From positions 1 through 58,426 of the IMG/VR virus record IMGVR_UViG_3300046012_001130: a stretch of DNA of 58,426 bases, one strand, 5' to 3'. Every line of letters begins with the position of its first letter. Position 1 is the first letter of the stretch. Below are positions 28,212 to 37,122 of this stretch, one piece after another. This stretch comes from a virus. Its lineage: Duplodnaviria > Caudoviricetes. Below the pieces are notes generated by a model. The model made no database searches and was not told where the DNA came from. It saw nothing but the letters and a program-made list of their open reading frames with translations. The position numbers and the translations under genes are program-made.

Positions 28212-28619
28212 ATGATGAATCCGGCGATGATCCTGCGGCTCGCGGCGGTCGCGGCTTTATTTTGCCTTGTCGCGATCGCGCTGGCCGCCAGCGCGCGGCC
28301 GGCGCCGGCGTGGCCGCTCGAATTGCATCCTCAGCTCGTCACCGCCTCCTGGTACGGCGGCGCCGGTGAACACCTTGCGCGGCATACCGCCAATGGCGAG
28401 CGCTTCCGTCCCGATGGTTTCACCGCGGCGCATCGCACGCTGCCCTTCGGCACGCATTTGCGCGTCATCTGGCGCGGCCGTGCCGTCACCGTGACGATCA
28501 ATGATCGCGGCCCGGCCCGCGCGACCGGCCGCGGGCTCGATCTTTCGCGCGGCGCGGCCCGGGCGCTCGGCATGATCGGCGTTGGCGTCGCGCGCGTCGT
28601 TGTCGTCAGGCTCGATTAG
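28212..28619 (+). CDS. RlpA-like (DPBB) lytic transglycosylase with signal peptide
   Basis: ASWYG, TANGERF, TAAHRTLPFGT, INDRGP and LDLSRGAA motifs. Confidence 0.9.
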   Translation: MMNPAMILRLAAVAALFCLVAIALAASARPAPAWPLELHPQLVTASWYGGAGEHLARHTANGERFRPDGFTAAHRTLPFGTHLRVIWRGRAVTVTINDRGPARATGRGLDLSRGAARALGMIGVGVARVVVVRLD

Positions 28620-28725
28620 CGCGATTCCGGACCCGCTTCTCATCATCATCGCGCTGGCGATTGCCGGCATCGTCCTGGTCGGCGGCGCGATGTTTCTTCT
28701 GAAAGATACGATCGATGTCGATTGA
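28600..28725 (+). CDS. Small single-TM peptide (holin/antiholin candidate)
   Basis: IPDPLLIIIALAIAGIVLVGGAMFLLK; overlaps the endolysin start; start codon uncertain. Confidence 0.4.
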   Translation: MSSGSISAIPDPLLIIIALAIAGIVLVGGAMFLLKDTIDVD

Positions 28726-29314
28726 CCGCACCTTCTTCTTTCGCACGCTGCGCGAGCCCTTGTTTGGCGGCGTCATCAGCGAGAGCCAGGTTGTTGGCAC
28801 CGAGGACATTCTCGATGCGTGGGAGAAATGGCGGCTGTCGGACGATCTCCGTTTTCTCGCTTACATTTTGGCGACCGCCTATCACGAGACGGCGAACGCC
28901 ATGCAGCCGGTGCGCGAAGAGGGCAGGGGAGCCCGCCAGGAATACGGCAAGGTGGTTGGCCTCTGGCATCAGATCTATTACGGCCGCGGCCTTGCGCAGC
29001 TCACCTGGCAGCGCAACTATCGCCTCGCGACGCAGCGTCTGCGCGCGCACGCCATCATCGGCGCCGATGTCGATCTCGAGCGTGAGGCCGACCTTGCGTT
29101 GCGGCCTGATCTCGCCGTGGCGATCCTGATCTTCGGCATGATCGAAGGATGGTTCACCGGCGTCCGGCTGCGCACCTATTTCTCGGCGACGGAGGCCAAT
29201 TGGATCGACGCGCGGCGCATCGTCAACGGCACCGATTGCGCCAGCAAGATCGCGGGATATGGCAGGCTTTTCTACGCGGCGCTGGCCCCGCCGGCGCTTT
29301 CGGCCGCGGCATGA
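28715..29314 (+). CDS. Endolysin, GH19-like lysozyme
   Basis: AYILATAYHET, YYGRGLAQLTW..NY and ARRIVNGTD motifs. Confidence 0.9.
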   Translation: MSIDRTFFFRTLREPLFGGVISESQVVGTEDILDAWEKWRLSDDLRFLAYILATAYHETANAMQPVREEGRGARQEYGKVVGLWHQIYYGRGLAQLTWQRNYRLATQRLRAHAIIGADVDLEREADLALRPDLAVAILIFGMIEGWFTGVRLRTYFSATEANWIDARRIVNGTDCASKIAGYGRLFYAALAPPALSAAA

Positions 29315-29511
29315 AAACCGCGCTGGTGCTGCTCACCGTATGGGCCAACAGCGGCGCGATCTCTGAAATGCGCCTGCCGCCTGAGCAATGCGCGGTCATC
29401 GCAGCCGCCGATCTCGCCATGCCGGAACGCGACCGACCTTATTCGATCGTCCGCGCGGAGTGCGCTCCGCTGCATCCCGAGCCCGTCGCCCTTCTGACGG
29501 CCAAAAACTGA
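29311..29511 (+). CDS. Small hypothetical protein
   Basis: ATGA coupling to the endolysin. Confidence 0.5.
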   Translation: MKTALVLLTVWANSGAISEMRLPPEQCAVIAAADLAMPERDRPYSIVRAECAPLHPEPVALLTAKN

Positions 29512-29519
29512 GGTCACCC

Positions 29520-30053
29520 ATGAAGTCTAAATCGTTTCCGGCCTATCTGGCCGCGATAGCGCTTGCCGTCTGCATCGTGTTCGCCGCGCCGCTCTCGGCT
29601 ATGGCGCAAACGGTCATCGCGCCGGCCGGCGCCACTGAGGCCATTCCTCAACCGAACGGATCGACGGTCTTTCTCTATCCGCTGATCAACGGTCTCGAAC
29701 CGTACATCGTCATCTTCCTCGGCGGCCTCATCACGGTGATCGGCGGCTTCGCGACCGCATTCCTCAAACAGCACTTCAACATCGTTCTATCGGCCGCGCA
29801 GCAAGACAAGCTCATATCGATGGCGAAAACCGAAGCCGGGATATGGGTCGCGAAAGCCGATGGTGCGGCGATGAATGCCTCGATTGATATCGGCTCACCC
29901 GGCATCGCCGCAGCGGGGAACAGGATCATCGTTGCCGTTCCGGATATCGCAAGAGACCTCGGCGTCTCTCCTACCTCAGTTCAACAAATGATCGTCGGCG
30001 AGATCGGAAAACTTCAGGCCGCGGCGCCGACCGTCGTGCCTGCTGCCAAATAA
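29520..30053 (+). CDS. Membrane protein of the lysis cassette (holin-like)
   Basis: Signal/TM helix plus a second TM; GAGGT RBS. Confidence 0.55.
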   Translation: MKSKSFPAYLAAIALAVCIVFAAPLSAMAQTVIAPAGATEAIPQPNGSTVFLYPLINGLEPYIVIFLGGLITVIGGFATAFLKQHFNIVLSAAQQDKLISMAKTEAGIWVAKADGAAMNASIDIGSPGIAAAGNRIIVAVPDIARDLGVSPTSVQQMIVGEIGKLQAAAPTVVPAAK

Positions 30054-30088
30054 AACCGGCAGTTCCTCAAACCAGAAAGCAAAACCAT

Positions 30089-30394
30089 ATGTCGAAACTC
30101 TCTGACGCTATCGCTGCCGCTGGCGATCTTCTCGCGCGTGGCGAAGCCCTTGCCGCCGATATCGCCAAATTCGACGTCGAAGCGATCATCAATGATGCCA
30201 AGGCTGCGGGCAAAGCCCTCGAAGCTGATTTGCCGGCACTGAAGGCCGAAGCCGAAAGCGTCATGGCTGGCGTGAACGCGAAACTGAGTGCGGTCGGCCA
30301 GGCCCTTCATGCGGTCGGTCTCTCGTCGGCTGGCCCGAACGTCCAGAACTCGATCGAAGGCAATGGCGAGGGCACCGGCAGCGGCGTCGCTTAA
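30089..30394 (+). CDS. Hypothetical helical protein
   Basis: ATG after an A-rich leader; Ala/Lys-rich amphipathic sequence. Confidence 0.55.
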   Translation: MSKLSDAIAAAGDLLARGEALAADIAKFDVEAIINDAKAAGKALEADLPALKAEAESVMAGVNAKLSAVGQALHAVGLSSAGPNVQNSIEGNGEGTGSGVA

Positions 30395-30455
30395 ACCGCG
30401 CGCCAGCCCGGTAGCGGCGGCCCGTAGCAAGCAACTCTCACATAGAGGTCTATCC

Positions 30456-30791
30456 ATGCGTTTCAAAGCTGCGGCCGTCCTGCTGGCCTTTGCACCCGTT
30501 CTAGTCGGCGGGTGCGCAAAACAGGTTGCTGACCTGAAGGACAAACTCTCGGCCGCTCTCTCCAGTCCTGACGCAAAGACGGCCGAGAACTTCGTCATTA
30601 CCGATGGCGGCGTGCTGGCCTGCTCTTATGCTGTCTCGCATCCGCCGGTTAACCCCGGTCCGATCACGGCGACAACCTATCGCGCGTTTGTCGACGGCTG
30701 TGATACACCGCCGACCGATCTCGCCAGCGCGAACGCGTTCCTGACCAATCTCGCGGTCGCCTATATCGAGGCGCGGCTCCTTTCGAAATAG
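30456..30791 (+). CDS. Lipoprotein (spanin-like candidate)
   Basis: MRFKAAAVLLAFAPVLVGG-C lipobox; GAGGT RBS. Confidence 0.65.
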   Translation: MRFKAAAVLLAFAPVLVGGCAKQVADLKDKLSAALSSPDAKTAENFVITDGGVLACSYAVSHPPVNPGPITATTYRAFVDGCDTPPTDLASANAFLTNLAVAYIEARLLSK

Positions 30792-30814
30792 GCGCCGCTG
30801 AAAGGAGGGCGTGA

Positions 30815-31102
30815 ATGCCCGACGGAGAGCATGAATGGGAACTGCCGCTGCGGGATCGAGTTCTTCGACTTGAAATGCAGCAAAAGAGCATTGCCGAGTT
30901 TCAGGAATCGGTCATCGAGCGCTTCGACAAGGCTGACGAGGCGCGCGGAACGCAGGCGGCGTTACAGGCCGCCACCGATAAGAAGGTCGACAAGATCCTG
31001 AACATTATCGATGTCGGCAAATGGGGCGCTGGCGCCGTTTGGGCCGTGATCCTGCTCGCCGTCGGCGCCTTCTTCGCCTGGGTCGCCGCCTTGAAGCACT
31101 GA
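30815..31102 (+). CDS. Coiled-coil protein with C-terminal TM
   Basis: AAGGAGG RBS; RVLRLE coiled coil; WAVILLAVGAFFAW TM segment. Confidence 0.6.
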   Translation: MPDGEHEWELPLRDRVLRLEMQQKSIAEFQESVIERFDKADEARGTQAALQAATDKKVDKILNIIDVGKWGAGAVWAVILLAVGAFFAWVAALKH

Positions 31103-31129
31103 ATTCTTCTTATTCGTACAGGTGGCGGG

Positions 31130-31246
31130 ATGATCGAATGGTTGATCGCCGCGGCGATCGTCGTGGTGCCGCTTACTGTGTTTTTCGTCGTCGAATGGAA
31201 TACCGGTGCCGGCGAGGCGCGCGGACCATTCCGGCGATCGAAGTGA
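31130..31246 (+). CDS. 38-aa single-TM peptide
   Basis: MIEWLIAAAIVVVPLTVFFVVEW; below the ORF-track cutoff. Confidence 0.4.
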   Translation: MIEWLIAAAIVVVPLTVFFVVEWNTGAGEARGPFRRSK

Positions 31247-31412
31247 AGTCTTTTGCCCCGCGGCGTATCAGCGGGGCTCCCGGGCGTTTGAGCGCCCGGT
31301 TGCTGCGGCCGAGTTAAGCAGGACCGCCCAGTCTGACCAACCGCGAAAAGACTGCCCGCCGCGCGCGCCGAAGCGCGCTCCTGGCTCCTAGTCTTCGAGC
31401 GGAAACCATTTT

Positions 31413-32252
31413 ATGAACGACACTGGCTTTCGGCGTGTAAATCCGACGCGGCCGCCGGCTGCTTATATTGGTGGTAAAAAAATGCTTGCCGCGCGGCTCG
31501 TCGAGCGCATCGCGGCGGTGCCCCATTCCTCCTACGCGGAACCGTTTGTCGGCATGGGCGGCGTCTTCCTGCGCCGCACCAGCGTGCCTTCCGTCGAAAT
31601 CATCAACGACATATCCGGCGACGTAGCGAATCTGTTTCGCGTGCTGCAGCGCCACTATGTTGCCTTTATGGACATGCTGCGGTTTCAATTGACGGGCCGC
31701 CGCGAATTCGAGCGGCTGCTGGCGCAGGATCCGAAAACGCTCACCGATCTCGAGCGGGCGGCCCGTTTCCTCTACGTGCAGCGTCTCGCCTATGGCGGCA
31801 AAGTGGCGGGGCGTAACTTCGGCGTCTCAACCGGGCTCCCGGGGCGCTTCGATGTGACGAAGCTCGGGCCGTTACTGGCTGATCTCAGCGAACGGCTCGC
31901 CGGCGTCATCATTGAGAACTTGCCCTATGGTGAGTTCCTCGCGCGCTATGATGTCAAGGGCGCGCTGTTCTATTGCGATCCGCCTTATTCCGGCAGCGAA
32001 GACGATTACGGAGCCGGTGTGTTCGGGCCACTCGATTTTGACAAGCTCGCCGCGATCCTCGGCGGCCTGAAGGGCGTCTTCTTGCTGTCGATCAACGCGA
32101 CGCCTGAAATGCGGAAGGTTTTCGCGCGATTCGACGTCGAGGAGGTCGACGTCGGCTATTCGATCGCCGGCGGCGAATGGAAGATATCGCGTGAATTGAT
32201 CGTCTCGACTGTCGGCCTCCCACGTGAAACCCGCGCGCCGACTTTTTTATAG
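31413..32252 (+). CDS. DNA adenine methyltransferase (Dam/D12 class)
   Basis: YIGGK, YAEPFVGMGGV, IIND and YCDPPY motifs. Confidence 0.93.
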   Translation: MNDTGFRRVNPTRPPAAYIGGKKMLAARLVERIAAVPHSSYAEPFVGMGGVFLRRTSVPSVEIINDISGDVANLFRVLQRHYVAFMDMLRFQLTGRREFERLLAQDPKTLTDLERAARFLYVQRLAYGGKVAGRNFGVSTGLPGRFDVTKLGPLLADLSERLAGVIIENLPYGEFLARYDVKGALFYCDPPYSGSEDDYGAGVFGPLDFDKLAAILGGLKGVFLLSINATPEMRKVFARFDVEEVDVGYSIAGGEWKISRELIVSTVGLPRETRAPTFL

Positions 32253-32283
32253 AGCTTCGCCGGCATCCCACAGATGCCGGCGG

Positions 32284-32352
32284 AGATGCCCTCCTTGGGC
32301 GTTTCCTCCCTAGACTTGGGCCCCTGGCGCTTCGGCGCTGGGGGCTCTTTTT
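32284..32352 (+). ncRNA. MmgR/suhB (alpha-r8)-family small RNA
   Basis: Short hairpin, signature TTTCCTCCCT (32302-32311) followed by AGACTTGGGCC, then a terminator with T5. Confidence 0.75.
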
Positions 32353-32413
32353 GCGTTTTAGGGCCGCCGCTAATATGCTCGCTCCGCCCCTTCGGGGGGA
32401 AGACCCCACAGAG

Positions 32414-32447
32414 CCCGTTGGAGAGCCCCCTTTCCAGCGGGTTTTTT
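32414..32447 (+). terminator. Rho-independent terminator
   Basis: CCCGTTGGA/TCCAGCGGG stem followed by T6. Confidence 0.6.
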
Positions 32448-32501
32448 ATGGTTGGAACTTCGCGCGCTTCCGCCCGGTTGAGTCGGACCGGAGGCGTTGC
32501 C

Positions 32502-33506
32502 GTGCGTGCCAGTAAACGAGTTTTCGAGCCGTCGAGGCGGAGCGCGCGTGTTCCCGAGCCGCCGCGGTGGATCGAGCCGCAGCTTTCCCGGCTTGTCGAG
32601 ACCATTCCCGCTGGCGACGGCTGGGCCCATGAGGTCAAATTCGACGGCTATCGCATGATGGCGCGTCTCTTCGGCGGCGAAGCGTTGCTGCTGACCCGCA
32701 GCGGTCTCGACTGGACCGCGAAATATCCTGGCATCGCCGCCGCGCTGCGCTCGCTGAAGCTGCGGCAGGCCTATCTCGATGGCGAGCTTTGCGCCATCAG
32801 GCCGGACGGCACGACCTCCTTCGCCGACATGCAGGCGGCTGCGGAAGGCAAGGCGCGCCTCGTCTATTTCGCCTTCGACCTGCTGCATCTCGACGGCCTC
32901 GACCTCATGCCGCTGCCGCTGCTCGAGCGGAAAGCCCTGCTCGAGCGATTGCTCGCCGGCGGGCCGGCCGCGATCCGCTACAGCTCGCACCACGTCGGCG
33001 ACGGCCCGAAGCTCTACGCCGCGGGAGCAGCCCAGGGCATTGAGGGGCTGCTGTCGAAGCAGATCGACAAGCCCTATGCGCCGGGCAATCGCGGGCTATG
33101 GGTGAAGACGAAGTTCCTCAACCGGCAGGAGTTCGTCATCGTTGGCTGGTCAGAGCCGGAGGGCTCGCGCGAGGCGCTGGGCTCGCTGCTGCTCGGCTAT
33201 TACGCGGACGACGGCCGGTTGCTCTACGCCGGCCGGGCCGGTACCGGCATGTCGAACGTCGTGCTGCGCGGGCTCATGCGGAAGCTGAAGCCGCTCGAGC
33301 AAAAGAAGATGACGGTCGACGAGCCGCCGCCGAAGACAAGCCATTTCGGCCGGCCGCTCGAGCTCGCGCGCGTCCATTGGGTGAAGCCGAAACTGGTCGC
33401 GGAAGTGACCTATCTGACCTGGACAACGGACGGTCTTCTGCGGCACGTCGTTTTCGAGGGGCTGCGCGACGACAAGCCGGCCCAACAGGTTCGGCGCCAG
33501 GGTTGA
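32502..33506 (+). CDS. ATP-dependent DNA ligase (LigD ligase domain)
   Basis: HEVKFDGYR, LDGEL, FDLL, EGLLSK, WVKTK and LRHVVFEGLRDDK motifs; GGAGG RBS with GTG start. Confidence 0.93.
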   Translation: MRASKRVFEPSRRSARVPEPPRWIEPQLSRLVETIPAGDGWAHEVKFDGYRMMARLFGGEALLLTRSGLDWTAKYPGIAAALRSLKLRQAYLDGELCAIRPDGTTSFADMQAAAEGKARLVYFAFDLLHLDGLDLMPLPLLERKALLERLLAGGPAAIRYSSHHVGDGPKLYAAGAAQGIEGLLSKQIDKPYAPGNRGLWVKTKFLNRQEFVIVGWSEPEGSREALGSLLLGYYADDGRLLYAGRAGTGMSNVVLRGLMRKLKPLEQKKMTVDEPPPKTSHFGRPLELARVHWVKPKLVAEVTYLTWTTDGLLRHVVFEGLRDDKPAQQVRRQG

Positions 33507-33607
33507 GCGGAACCTGCTGCACCTGATGGCGAAGACACGCGCAGCCCGATGGGAACCATCAGCCGGCGGAGGCATTTCAGGTGTCCTCCTACTGAACGAT
33601 GCATCTC

Positions 33608-33637
33608 GCCCCGGCCATTGCGCCGGGGCATTTTGTT
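33608..33637 (+). terminator. Terminator-like hairpin between convergent genes
   Basis: GCCCCGGC/GCCGGGGC stem then ATTTTGTT. Confidence 0.55.
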
Positions 33638-33819
33638 GGCGGGCCGGCCGAGGATTGAGGGCGACCTCGACCGGCCCTCGCCGCCGTCGGTAAGGGAGCC
33701 GCAGCGGCTAGAGCGATGATCTTGGACGATAACGGCGAGTTGGAGGCGGGCCGGCCGCGGACGAAGAATTGCACGGCCAGCCCTGGCCAGCCGCCGCGTC
33801 GGCCTCACACTGGTTGCTG

Positions 33820-34098
33820 CTATAATTCAGATGGCGGGAGTTCGTTGCGCGGTCCTGTCGGCTCCGATCCGGCCTCAGGCAGCCCGAGCGCCCGCCGCCG
33901 CTGCCACTCGAAGGCCTTGCTAACCTCAACGACGCCTTCGCTCATCACGCTGAGATTGATCACGGCCTGATTCTCGGCACCGATGCCGTGGAAGACGAGC
34001 CAGACGTAGCCATCGGCGTCGGGCCCGCGGACCTCGATGTTTTCGAGGGCGGCGCGGGCGGCGGCGGGATCGGCGAGCGGGGACGAGTTGCTGTTCAT
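33820..34098 (-). CDS. Hypothetical protein
   Basis: Third gene of a small minus-strand operon. Confidence 0.55.
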   Translation of the reverse strand: MNSNSSPLADPAAARAALENIEVRGPDADGYVWLVFHGIGAENQAVINLSVMSEGVVEVSKAFEWQRRRALGLPEAGSEPTGPRNELPPSEL

Positions 34099-34113
34099 GG
34101 GGACAGATGTTGC

Positions 34114-34401
34114 TCAGTGCTCAGCGGCCGTATGGATCAGGAAATCGCTGATGAGCGCATTCAGGGACTGGCTATCGTCAATCACGTGCTCATCGAGCAT
34201 CTCGAGGAAAATCTCAACACCAGGCGCCTCAGCGACCTCGCTAATCGCCATCGCGGCCATGAGCTCATCATCGAGGCCGTCTACCTGCGCGAGCAGGCGA
34301 GCGGCCGTTACAGCATTCAGCTGGTAACGCGTTCCCTCCTGCAGGTTGGCATTTTCCGCCATCGCCACCAAGCCGGCGCGCAATTCTTCCCGCGTATTCA
34401 T
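34114..34401 (-). CDS. Hypothetical acidic protein
   Basis: GGAGGA RBS; ATGA overlap; begins MNTREEL. Confidence 0.55.
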   Translation of the reverse strand: MNTREELRAGLVAMAENANLQEGTRYQLNAVTAARLLAQVDGLDDELMAAMAISEVAEAPGVEIFLEMLDEHVIDDSQSLNALISDFLIHTAAEH

Positions 34402-34775
34402 TTCTCGTCCTCCGGCGGCAGGCGTTCGGCGATCATATGCGTCCCGTTCCGAAAGGTGAGGCGCGATCGCAGACGCACCTTTACCGCGCTTTCGTAAGCG
34501 GCGCGACCGATCGACAAATTCACACTCCGGGCCAGGCATTCGGTGACGCGGTTGCCAGTGTGGTCCCATTCGTCGACGCGGTAGGATTGTTCGCGGCTCG
34601 AGGCGGCATGCTCGCTGTGGTAAAAGCGCAGCGCCTCAAGCAGCAGTGCCGCGCTGCGCTGGCCGACCCGAAACCCCTGCGGATGCGCGGCCATGCGCTG
34701 GAACAGGGTCTCCATCTCCTCGTCGGACCAGGTCACTCGGGTCTTGAAATCGAATGGCTCCCGACGCGTGCCCAT
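34398..34775 (-). CDS. Hypothetical protein, probably LexA-regulated
   Basis: GGAGG RBS; SOS box about 22 bp upstream. Confidence 0.7.
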   Translation of the reverse strand: MGTRREPFDFKTRVTWSDEEMETLFQRMAAHPQGFRVGQRSAALLLEALRFYHSEHAASSREQSYRVDEWDHTGNRVTECLARSVNLSIGRAAYESAVKVRLRSRLTFRNGTHMIAERLPPEDEK

Positions 34776-34796
34776 GCTTCCTCCGCCCGGCTGACT

Positions 34797-34811
34797 GTTC
34801 TCTTTATGTTC
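34797..34811. promoter_or_regulatory. Alphaproteobacterial LexA box GTTC-N7-GTTC
   Basis: GTTCtctttatGTTC, intergenic, upstream of the 34775 start. Confidence 0.75.
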
Positions 34812-34845
34812 ACGCCGCGGCGTTCGTCAAGCAGGGCTCACCCCC

Positions 34846-35526
34846 TTACGAATCAGTCTTTTCGGGCTCGATCACGCTCGGATCGTCGTCGAAGGCGCCG
34901 GTCTTGTTGATTCGCGGCGAGACGCGCTGTTCGCGGAAACGCGCCTCCGGGGCAGGGTGCAGCTCCTCGGCCACCATGTCGCCGCGGAGCCAGCGGTCGA
35001 TCTCGGCCTCGGCGAGCACGGCTGGCATGCGGTCGTGATAGGGCTTCATCCACTCGCTGGCGGCGGTGACGATCATCGTCGCCGAGAGAATTTCCTCGCC
35101 GGTCTGCTTGTCGCGCCACGTCTCCCGCAGGCCGGCCAGGAAGAGGATCGGCGAGCCGTCGGCGGCCGTGAAGAGCCATGGCTGGCGGGCCTTCTTGTCG
35201 CCGGTCCACTCGTAGAAGCCCGACGCTGGCACGATGCAGCGGCGGCGCTTATAGGCCTCGCGAAACGTCGGCTTGGTGGCGACCGTTTCGACCATCGCGT
35301 TGAAGGTCGAATAGGAATCCTTCGGACCGTTCTTCGACCAGAAGGGAATGAGGCCCCAGCGCGCCTGGACGAGCTCGCGCTGTCCGGTGGCGTCGAGGCG
35401 GACGATATCGATCATCGTCGTCGGCGCGATATTGTAGCGCGGCCGCAGGTTCTGCGGCGCGCTCATGATGTTCAAAAAATCATGCACCTGCGCCCAGGTG
35501 TAGTTTTGCGTGAAGCGGCCGCACAT
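34846..35526 (-). CDS. SRAP (SOS response-associated peptidase, YedK/HMCES family)
   Basis: MCGRF, RYNIAPT, WGLIP, RRCIVPASGFYEW and HDRMP motifs. Confidence 0.95.
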   Translation of the reverse strand: MCGRFTQNYTWAQVHDFLNIMSAPQNLRPRYNIAPTTMIDIVRLDATGQRELVQARWGLIPFWSKNGPKDSYSTFNAMVETVATKPTFREAYKRRRCIVPASGFYEWTGDKKARQPWLFTAADGSPILFLAGLRETWRDKQTGEEILSATMIVTAASEWMKPYHDRMPAVLAEAEIDRWLRGDMVAEELHPAPEARFREQRVSPRINKTGAFDDDPSVIEPEKTDS

Positions 35527-35702
35527 GCAAAGGCTCCTATTCGCCTTGGACGAGTCGCGCCAGTTCGAGCGCGTCGCGGCGGACGCTGGCCGGGGCTATT
35601 GAAATACCTTTCTTTTCGACCGCCGTCGCCAGGGCCAATGAACCGAAGCGATCGTCGCGACAGGTCGAAAAGGGAGTCTTGACGACGCCGCCCCGATAAT
35701 TT

Positions 35703-35954
35703 TCCCGGAAAAAATCCCGGACTATTGCGCGAGGCTGGTGTAAGTGATGCCAGGGCGAGGGAATCGCCGACGCGCGGCCCGGGCTGGGGGACTAGGGGTC
35801 GTGGGTTCGAATCCCGCCACTCCGACCATTTAACCGACTGAAGTTTCTACCGTTTTGCCCTGTTTTCGGGGTGCCTCGAAAGGGCGGATTCGGAACGAAA
35901 CTGATCCAAATTCCCTGAATTGGAAGTAAAAGTCCCGGAAAAGTCCCGGACTAT
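35703..35954. repeat. Integrase arm-type repeats flanking the attP core
   Basis: TCCCGGA-N4/5-TCCCGGACTAT at 35703-35725 and 35933-35954. Confidence 0.7.
35784..35828 (+). mobile_element. attP core: 3' half of tRNA-Pro(GGG)
   Basis: CTGGGGG-ACTAG-GGGTC-GTGGGTTCGAATCCCGC-CACTCCG-ACCA with no 5' half upstream; next to the integrase. Confidence 0.85.
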
Positions 35955-35969
35955 GTTCGTCGCCTGTTC
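35955..35969. promoter_or_regulatory. Second GTTC-N7-GTTC LexA-type box abutting the attP arm repeat
   Basis: GTTCgtcgcctGTTC. Confidence 0.5.
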
Positions 35970-35979
35970 GCGTTGCGAC

Positions 35980-37122
35980 TCACCGTTTTTTGCGCGCCTT
36001 CGACGCCGCCTCCATGCCGGCCAGAATCTCTTCGTCGAGCACGTGCGCGTAACGCGTCGTGGTTTCGATCTTCGAATGATGCAGGGCGCGCTGCACGAGC
36101 TTCAGATTGCCGGTCTCGCGCAGCAGCTTGGTTGCAAAGTCATGCCGGAGATCGTGGAAGCGCAGGTCGGCCGGCAGCCGCGCGCCCGTCTTGCGATGGC
36201 GCGAGCGGCGCCACGTCGTCTTCAGTCCGGACTTGGTGATCGGCTGCCTTTCACCCTTCGCGTAAAGTACCTTGCCGCCACGCCGGCACGCGCGGGCCGC
36301 CGCGTAAGTGAAAACATAGAGCGTCGGGTTGGCCATTTCGGCCATCAGGATCATGCGCATCTCGTCGGTGATCGGCTGGCTGATCGGCTTGGCGCCCTTG
36401 CCGATGACATTGATGCGGCCGCCGGCGAGATCGACATCCGTTTTTTTCATCAGGCATTCGGAGAGCCGCAGGCCGGCGGCGCGGGCGAAGGCGACGAGCG
36501 GCCGATAGTCGGCGCGGACAGCGGCGAAACTGTCCTCCTCGGACGCCCTGACCTCGCGCACGCGCTCGCGCGGCTCCTCCAGCATATGCTCAGACCAACG
36601 CGGCGGCTTCGGCAAAACGACGCCCCAGAGTCGTGTGGCGCGGTTGCAGATTTTTTGCAGCACCTCGGTCGTCGAGCGATTGACGGTCGAGGGTGACACA
36701 TGCGGCGCCGGATGCGACTGCTTGGCGTCGAAAGGATCGCGGACGCTCTTGCGGCCCTTGATGGTCTGGGCGCGGCGCCATGCGACGAGCTTGGCGACAT
36801 CGTCGTCGCTGATCTCGTCGAGCCGCTTCGACGGTCCGAAATATTTCTCCAGCCGGTCGAGATTGGCCCAGGTCGTGGTGGCGCCGGCATGGTGCTGGCC
36901 GACCTCGAGCCAATAACGGCCGGCGGCCACGTCGATCGTCATCGGCGCCGAGCCGGTCGCCTGCTCGCGATCGAGATCGACGCGCGCCTTGGCGCGGGCT
37001 TTCTTTTCTATTTCCTTGGCGTCGCTGCGGCTTTTCGAGCGCGTAGATCCGAAAAAGCGACGACCGTCGAGTTCGAAGTCGTAGGTGTAGTACGGCGACT
37101 TTTGCGGCTTGTAGACGGACAT
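35980..37122 (-). CDS. int: Tyrosine integrase
   Basis: GLRLSE, IGKG, FHDLRH, LHH and TTRY catalytic motifs. Confidence 0.95.
   Translation of the reverse strand: MSVYKPQKSPYYTYDFELDGRRFFGSTRSKSRSDAKEIEKKARAKARVDLDREQATGSAPMTIDVAAGRYWLEVGQHHAGATTTWANLDRLEKYFGPSKRLDEISDDDVAKLVAWRRAQTIKGRKSVRDPFDAKQSHPAPHVSPSTVNRSTTEVLQKICNRATRLWGVVLPKPPRWSEHMLEEPRERVREVRASEEDSFAAVRADYRPLVAFARAAGLRLSECLMKKTDVDLAGGRINVIGKGAKPISQPITDEMRMILMAEMANPTLYVFTYAAARACRRGGKVLYAKGERQPITKSGLKTTWRRSRHRKTGARLPADLRFHDLRHDFATKLLRETGNLKLVQRALHHSKIETTTRYAHVLDEEILAGMEAASKARKKR

Noticed and set aside
35761-35828. Complete tRNA-Pro gene
   Set aside because: The acceptor 5' strand and D-arm are missing; it is an att core.
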